The position numbers and the translations under genes were made by a program. From Nitrosopumilus sp. (GTDB taxonomy: Archaea; Thermoproteota; Nitrososphaeria; Nitrososphaerales; Nitrosopumilaceae): a DNA stretch of 64,000 bases. Below the pieces are notes generated by a model that saw only the letters and a program-made list of their open reading frames with translations, was not told the origin of the DNA and searched no databases. Position 1 is the stretch's first letter. Each line of letters begins with the position of its first letter. The stretch covers positions 1,536,001-1,600,000 of the forward strand of contig OY763927.2 in assembly GCA_963667665.2 (NCBI GenBank). The letters are read 5' to 3'. Below are positions 58,826-64,000 of this stretch, one piece after another.

Positions 58826-60763
58826 ATGCAAAGAAAACAACAACAAAAAGAATTACCTTCTAGCCAAAACATAATGGCCACCATACTGCAAAGTATTCCC
58901 AAAGAGGCAGGTGTTACAAAAATTGAATATGAAGGACCACGAATTGCTCTTTACACAAAAACTCCTCGTTATCTAATGGAAAATAATGAATTAATATCAA
59001 ATCTTGTCAATGTAATTAAAAAAAGAATTGTTGTAAGGACTGATGAATCAATTAGAAAACCTGAAGATGAAGCTAGACGAATTCTTGCAGAATGTGTTCC
59101 AAAAGAAGCAAATCTACAAGGAATTATTTTTGATATAACCACCGGTGAAGTTTCAGTTGAAGCAAAAAGACCTTGGTTGTTACAAAGAGATGCAAAGGAA
59201 TTCAATCATGCTGAAGTTACCGAAAAAACAGGATGGAAATTACGTGTCAGAAAATCTACAACTATACCTTCACGTACTATTCAAACAATCAATGCAACTC
59301 TAAAACAATACTCTTCTGAGAGAAGTAAACAACTCAAACAAGTAGGTGATGAAATTTTCAGACCTAGACTATCTCAAAGAACTGAAGTTTCAATTTATAC
59401 TCTTGGTGGATTTGGACAAGTTGGTAGGTCTTCCTTATTACTTTCCACTCCTGAAAGTAAAATCTTAATTGATTGTGGACTAAATCCTGGTGCACGTTCA
59501 CCAATGGATGCATTTCCAAGACTAGATTCTCTAAATATGACCCTAGACGAAATTGATGCAATAGTAATTGGACATGCACATTTGGATCATACTGGATTTT
59601 TACCGACATTGTGTAAATATGGTTACAAAGGTCCAATCTATTGTACAGAACCAACTCTTCCTATGATGAATCTAATTCAATTAGATGCAATCAAAGTAGC
59701 TACTGCACAAGGTAGAACTCCAATTTACGCAGAACGAGATGTTAAACAAGTCATGAGACAAGCAATTACTTTACCATATGGAACTGTTACTGATATTTCG
59801 CCTGACATAAAATTGGTTCTTGCAAATGCAGGTCACATTTTAGGTTCTGCATTATGTCATTTTCATATTGGAAATGGTAATCATAATTTTGTTTATTCAG
59901 GTGATATAAAATTTGGAAAAAGTATTTTGTTTGAAGCTGCTAGTTGGAATTTTCCAAGAGTAGAAACATTGTTGATTGAAAGTACTTACGGTCTTAAAGA
60001 AGATATTCAACCAAGTAGACAAGAAGTAGAATCTGCTTTCATTAATGCAATAAACAACACTTTGGCAGATGGAGGAAAAGTTTTGATACCTATTCCGGCA
60101 GTAGGTCGTGCTCAAGAAATCATGATGGTAATTGATCACTATATGAAATCAGGAGAAATGATTGAAGCGCCAGTCTTTACAGAAGGAATGATTTCTGAGG
60201 CATCAGCCATTCATGAATCTTATCCAGAATACCTGGAAAGAGAACTTAAGAAAAAGATCTTAGAGACTGATGATAATCCATTTGATTCTGAATATTTCAC
60301 AAATATTGAGCACGCAGATGCCAGAGAAGAACCAATGAGAGAAAATTCACCGTGCATTATCTTAACAACATCAGGAATGTTAGAAGGTGGCCCTGTTTTA
60401 GAATACTTCAAAAATATTGCACCTGACAAAAAGAACAAAGTATTGTTTGTTTCTTACCAAGTTAATGGAACTATGGGAAGAAGAGTTCTTGATGGTTCTA
60501 AACAAGTATCCATGTTAGGAAGAGAGGGTAAAATTGAAGTTGTAACTATCAATAGTAGTGTTGAAAGACTAGATGGATTCAGTGGTCACAGTGATTACAA
60601 TCAATTGATGTCATTTGTACAAAGACTAAGACCAAAACTTCGAAGAGTTCTAGTTAATCACGGAGAACGTAAAAAATCAGAAAATCTTGCCATGAATATT
60701 AGACGAATGTATAGAGTGCCTGCTCATTATCCTCAAATTCAAGAAGCAATAAAATTATTTTAG
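58826..60763 (+). CDS. beta-CASP ribonuclease aCPSF1 (FttA)
   Basis: N-terminal KH domains (EYEGP), HAHLDH, AGHILGS, GFSGHSD, NHGE. Confidence 0.96.
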   Translation: MQRKQQQKELPSSQNIMATILQSIPKEAGVTKIEYEGPRIALYTKTPRYLMENNELISNLVNVIKKRIVVRTDESIRKPEDEARRILAECVPKEANLQGIIFDITTGEVSVEAKRPWLLQRDAKEFNHAEVTEKTGWKLRVRKSTTIPSRTIQTINATLKQYSSERSKQLKQVGDEIFRPRLSQRTEVSIYTLGGFGQVGRSSLLLSTPESKILIDCGLNPGARSPMDAFPRLDSLNMTLDEIDAIVIGHAHLDHTGFLPTLCKYGYKGPIYCTEPTLPMMNLIQLDAIKVATAQGRTPIYAERDVKQVMRQAITLPYGTVTDISPDIKLVLANAGHILGSALCHFHIGNGNHNFVYSGDIKFGKSILFEAASWNFPRVETLLIESTYGLKEDIQPSRQEVESAFINAINNTLADGGKVLIPIPAVGRAQEIMMVIDHYMKSGEMIEAPVFTEGMISEASAIHESYPEYLERELKKKILETDDNPFDSEYFTNIEHADAREEPMRENSPCIILTTSGMLEGGPVLEYFKNIAPDKKNKVLFVSYQVNGTMGRRVLDGSKQVSMLGREGKIEVVTINSSVERLDGFSGHSDYNQLMSFVQRLRPKLRRVLVNHGERKKSENLAMNIRRMYRVPAHYPQIQEAIKLF

Positions 60764-61033
60764 ATCGTATTCGGGTTTCCAGATCTTTATACTAGATGGA
60801 GCAACAATAATCCTTTCTTCTCCTAATCTTGCAATATCTGCACCGGCAGTTTTTGCAATAGAATACAATTCTTCAACTACATTACGAAGTTGTTCCACAT
60901 CCTTTTGTGCTAAGGGTGTAACTCTCAAAATCAAAATCATTCCCTTTTTGATATCTTCTTTGATAGAATGAATATCACTGATGTCTCTAATTGTTATAGC
61001 CTTTAGAAATGTGGGTGTTTCTTGTTTTTGCAT
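60755..61033 (-). CDS. sepF: SepF / DUF552-family protein
   Basis: DIKKGMILILRVTPL...GADIARLGEERIIVAPSSIKI. Confidence 0.8.
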   Translation of the reverse strand: MQKQETPTFLKAITIRDISDIHSIKEDIKKGMILILRVTPLAQKDVEQLRNVVEELYSIAKTAGADIARLGEERIIVAPSSIKIWKPEYDLK

Positions 61034-61106
61034 CCTTATTGGAAATCCGATCTACTCATTCAAAAACTCTTCCTTAATACTAACTAATTTTTAAATTTTT
61101 TTACGC

Positions 61107-62114
61107 CTACATTCTGAATTTGATGTAAGACTGTTCCTCTGCACTTTTAGATTTGATTTCTTCAGTAGAGTTCTCGTTTGTGACTAAAACAACTCCGAGT
61201 TGATTTTTTGGTGCATCTGAATATCTTAGCGTTACAGATGATGCAAATTCTATGTGATCTTTGGCATTGTTACCACGTAGAATTGAAACTGGTCCTACGT
61301 AATCTTTAGCTTCAAGTAAAATATCACCAGGTAATGCTAATGCTTTAATCATTTCATTTTCATCTTTATTTCTTCCAACAACAAATTTTGTTTGCTCATC
61401 TAATCTAAAATGTCTTCCAATTTTTAACAAATCAATTTCATTAATTGTTGGAGTTTCCATATGATCAAACAAATCTTTAGCTTTAATTCCAAATTGTGGC
61501 TCTGTTAATAGACAACCACCACCTGCATTTGGTGGATTTTCAATTCCATATTCTTTAGCCATTTGTATTTGAATTTTTCTTTGTCTTCCTTTAATCATTC
61601 CAAGATTTTCTCTTTTGATCAAACCATCTTTTTCAGCATCTGTTGGTGGTAATAATCCAGCAGATAACGGTCTAACAATTTTTCCAGTTAAATTTGATTC
61701 TTTTTCAATAATATGTAATGATGGTGCATGTTGACTCATTGGACGTTGACCTAATACTTCCCCTGAAATAATAAATTCTGCACCAATTTCTTCCATGTGT
61801 TTTTTTGCAGCATCAAACATCATTGTTCTACAATCAACACACGGATTAAAGCCAGCGCCAATTCCATGTTTTGGATGTTTTAACATCTCTATGTATTCAT
61901 CACCAAGATAAACTGTTTTCAAATTTACATTAAGATCATCTGCTCTTTCTCTAATTTCAAATCCACATCCTCTTCCACAATCAAAATCACAAAAAGGAGT
62001 TTTTATTGCAACAGCTGAAACTTCAAAACCTTGCTCTTGCATCATTCTTACTGCAAGTTGACTATCTAATCCTCCTGATAGTAATGCAACTACTTTCTTC
62101 TTTTCTTCTGTCAT
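61107..62114 (-). CDS. PP-loop tRNA sulfurtransferase (ThiI/MnmA-like) with C-terminal NFACT-R-like domain
   Basis: LLSGGLDS, NPCVDC, GEVLGQRPMSQ, AGGGCLLT, GRHFRL; start ATG 62114. Confidence 0.85.
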   Translation of the reverse strand: MTEEKKKVVALLSGGLDSQLAVRMMQEQGFEVSAVAIKTPFCDFDCGRGCGFEIRERADDLNVNLKTVYLGDEYIEMLKHPKHGIGAGFNPCVDCRTMMFDAAKKHMEEIGAEFIISGEVLGQRPMSQHAPSLHIIEKESNLTGKIVRPLSAGLLPPTDAEKDGLIKRENLGMIKGRQRKIQIQMAKEYGIENPPNAGGGCLLTEPQFGIKAKDLFDHMETPTINEIDLLKIGRHFRLDEQTKFVVGRNKDENEMIKALALPGDILLEAKDYVGPVSILRGNNAKDHIEFASSVTLRYSDAPKNQLGVVLVTNENSTEEIKSKSAEEQSYIKFRM

Positions 62115-62185
62115 AAAGATCCAATCAAAATTTCCATATACAAACTTTACATCATACATAAATTGAGAAACAGAGGTTTTTTTGT

Positions 62186-63250
62186 ATGAAACAGCGCAGA
62201 AAAAATCTTTTAAAATATGCACAAAAGATCGGCTGTGATACATTAGTCACATTTGAGCCTGAAAATTTGTTTTACATGACTGGATTTTGGGGTGAGGCAA
62301 TAGGATTGCTTGAAAAAAATGGAAAAACAACTATCATTGCTCCAGAACTTGAAGTGGGAAGAGCAAAAGGAGAATCTGAAGATTGTGATGTGATTACAGC
62401 TGAGCGTGGTACTGGTTTGATTTCTTCTCTTATAGAAAAAATTAAGAAAAATCAAGTTTGTACTGATTGCCAAAACTATTCTATTATGATGTCTCTGAAA
62501 AAATCTGTTCCAAAAATCAAATCATCTACAGAACCATTTTACAATTCTCGTATAATTAAAGATGAAAAAGAAATCCAAATACTCAAAAAAGCTTCTAAAA
62601 TTATCGATGAAATGTTTGATATTTGCTCAAAAAAAATGAAAGTAGGTCAAAAAGAATCAGAATTACAAACAATTTTGATGGTATATGCAATGGAGCAGCA
62701 AATGTTTGATACTGGATACAAATCTACGCTAAATCCTCTTATTATTGCTGGAGGACCTAATGGTGCTTTACCTCATGCTCAAGTGACTCAGAGAAAATTC
62801 AAAAAAGGTGATCTTGTAGTAACTGATCTTACACTAAGATACAAAGGATATGTTTCTGATGCAACAAGAACATTTGCACTAGGAAAAATTTCAACTCAAG
62901 CAAATGAAGCATATGAAATAGTTAAAGAATCTCAAAAACTTGGTCTAAAAGCTGTTAAACCAAATGCAGATTGTAAAAATGTAGATTCTGCTTGTAGAAA
63001 ATACATTGAAGAAAAAAACTATGGTCAATACTTTATTCATTCTACTGGTCATGGAATTGGATTAGAAGTACATGAGCTTCCAACTGTTTCGTATCGAAGT
63101 GAAACAAAATTAAAAGAAAATATGGCAATCACAGTAGAACCTGGAATCTATATTGAAAATAAATTTGGAATTAGAATAGAGGATTCATTAATTGTAAAAG
63201 ATCGACCTGTTGTGATGCACAAATTCACTAAAGATTTAGTTACACTTTGA
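62186..63250 (+). CDS. Xaa-Pro aminopeptidase (M24)
   Basis: ALPH, GYVSDATRT, HSTGHGIGLEVHE, EPGIY, GIRIED. Confidence 0.95.
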   Translation: MKQRRKNLLKYAQKIGCDTLVTFEPENLFYMTGFWGEAIGLLEKNGKTTIIAPELEVGRAKGESEDCDVITAERGTGLISSLIEKIKKNQVCTDCQNYSIMMSLKKSVPKIKSSTEPFYNSRIIKDEKEIQILKKASKIIDEMFDICSKKMKVGQKESELQTILMVYAMEQQMFDTGYKSTLNPLIIAGGPNGALPHAQVTQRKFKKGDLVVTDLTLRYKGYVSDATRTFALGKISTQANEAYEIVKESQKLGLKAVKPNADCKNVDSACRKYIEEKNYGQYFIHSTGHGIGLEVHELPTVSYRSETKLKENMAITVEPGIYIENKFGIRIEDSLIVKDRPVVMHKFTKDLVTL

Positions 63251-63252
63251 GC

Positions 63253-63735
63253 CTAATCATAGAAATCTACCAAATCAATAATGTATTTTGACTCTTGATT
63301 ATTTGATATAATTTTCTCAGAACTCATATTCACATTCCAATCATAATTCATTTCTCCTTTGTGTGACTTGAAATTCAAAATAACTTGATACTCTTCTGAA
63401 TCAACATTTGACACAGTTAATCCAACTTTGGTTTTTTTGTTATCATAAATTTTTTCATCTGGGTGTTCTTCACTAATTTTCATTGAAATTGCATCCATTA
63501 CAGTTAATCCAGAATCATTTGGTCCATCATATTTCATTAAGATATCTATAACTTGTTGTTCTTCAGATGTAAGTTCAGGGAAACTACTTTCTAAATCCCC
63601 TTTCATTAAATCAGGAACGACAAATAGCATGAACAATCCTATTATACCAAGATAAATTGGTGCTCTTTTTCTAAGAAATGCTTTAAAATCATTCTTTTTT
63701 GGTTTTTCTTCCTTTTCTTTTCTATCTTTACCCAT
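63253..63735 (-). CDS. Hypothetical membrane-anchored protein
   Basis: Basic N-terminus, one TM, acidic ectodomain. Confidence 0.7.
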   Translation of the reverse strand: MGKDRKEKEEKPKKNDFKAFLRKRAPIYLGIIGLFMLFVVPDLMKGDLESSFPELTSEEQQVIDILMKYDGPNDSGLTVMDAISMKISEEHPDEKIYDNKKTKVGLTVSNVDSEEYQVILNFKSHKGEMNYDWNVNMSSEKIISNNQESKYIIDLVDFYD

Positions 63736-63751
63736 TTCTTTTTTCCCAAAT

Positions 63752-64000
63752 CTAATATTTTGCAGTTAAAATTAAAACTTGCCATGGAAAAATAATTTTA
63801 CCATTTTTCTTTGTGTATAGAGTTGTTTTTTCTTTTACTAACTGTTTGAGTTCTTTTCTTTTTGAATATTCTAATGCATTTAGCTTTTCTTTTAGAGGTT
63901 TTGCAATGTATTTGATATAATTTCTCCAATAGTCTTCAAATTTTCCAGGACTATAATAAAAAACAAATTCTTTTACAGATATTTTTGAGAATCCTGCTTT
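63752..64000 (-). CDS. C-terminal fragment of probable class I SAM methyltransferase (starts beyond window)
   Basis: Hand translation KAGFSKISVKE...FEDYWRNY...GKIIFPWQVLILTAKY*, typical UbiE-like C-terminus. Confidence 0.55.
   Translation of the reverse strand, partial: KAGFSKISVKEFVFYYSPGKFEDYWRNYIKYIAKPLKEKLNALEYSKRKELKQLVKEKTTLYTKKNGKIIFPWQVLILTAKY

Noticed and set aside
424-62473. Many short antisense or nested ORFs in the track (e.g. 424-663, 4462-4824, 15393-15755, 35949-36323, 51571-52101)
   Set aside because: Shadow frames of well-supported genes, with no recognisable motifs

Overview
AT-rich archaeal chromosome segment. Gene content points to a Nitrosopumilus-like ammonia-oxidising thaumarchaeote (Nitrososphaerota): PolD DP1/DP2, Cdc6, GGGP synthase, EgsA, thermosome, aCPSF1, SepF, a PEFG-CTERM-like protein, CbiH and BluB. 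The window opens at a probable replication origin, where ORB repeats and an AT-rich unwinding element sit next to cdc6. Beside it are four uncharacterised DNA-binding genes, one a membrane-anchored winged-helix protein, and two over-represented short motifs (GTTAAC x5, ATCAC/GTGAT x15). This cluster is my best candidate for an undescribed system, possibly origin tethering or segregation. Most of the rest is housekeeping, with three tRNAs: Pro-GGG, Arg-CCT with a D-loop intron, and Val-GAC. A ~4.2 kb decayed integrative element (32.3-36.55 kb) carries a tyrosine integrase, a truncated Mod-type methyltransferase, and NERD and PD-(D/E)XK nucleases. It ends in a GC-rich stub that may be the 3' end of SRP RNA serving as an att site. 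I read several microproteins missing from the ORF track by hand: an AbrB-like protein, a tandem paralogous pair, a Zn-ribbon and a Cys-rich metallothionein-like peptide. Two genes appear frameshifted. All calls come from motif recognition by eye; no database searches were run.
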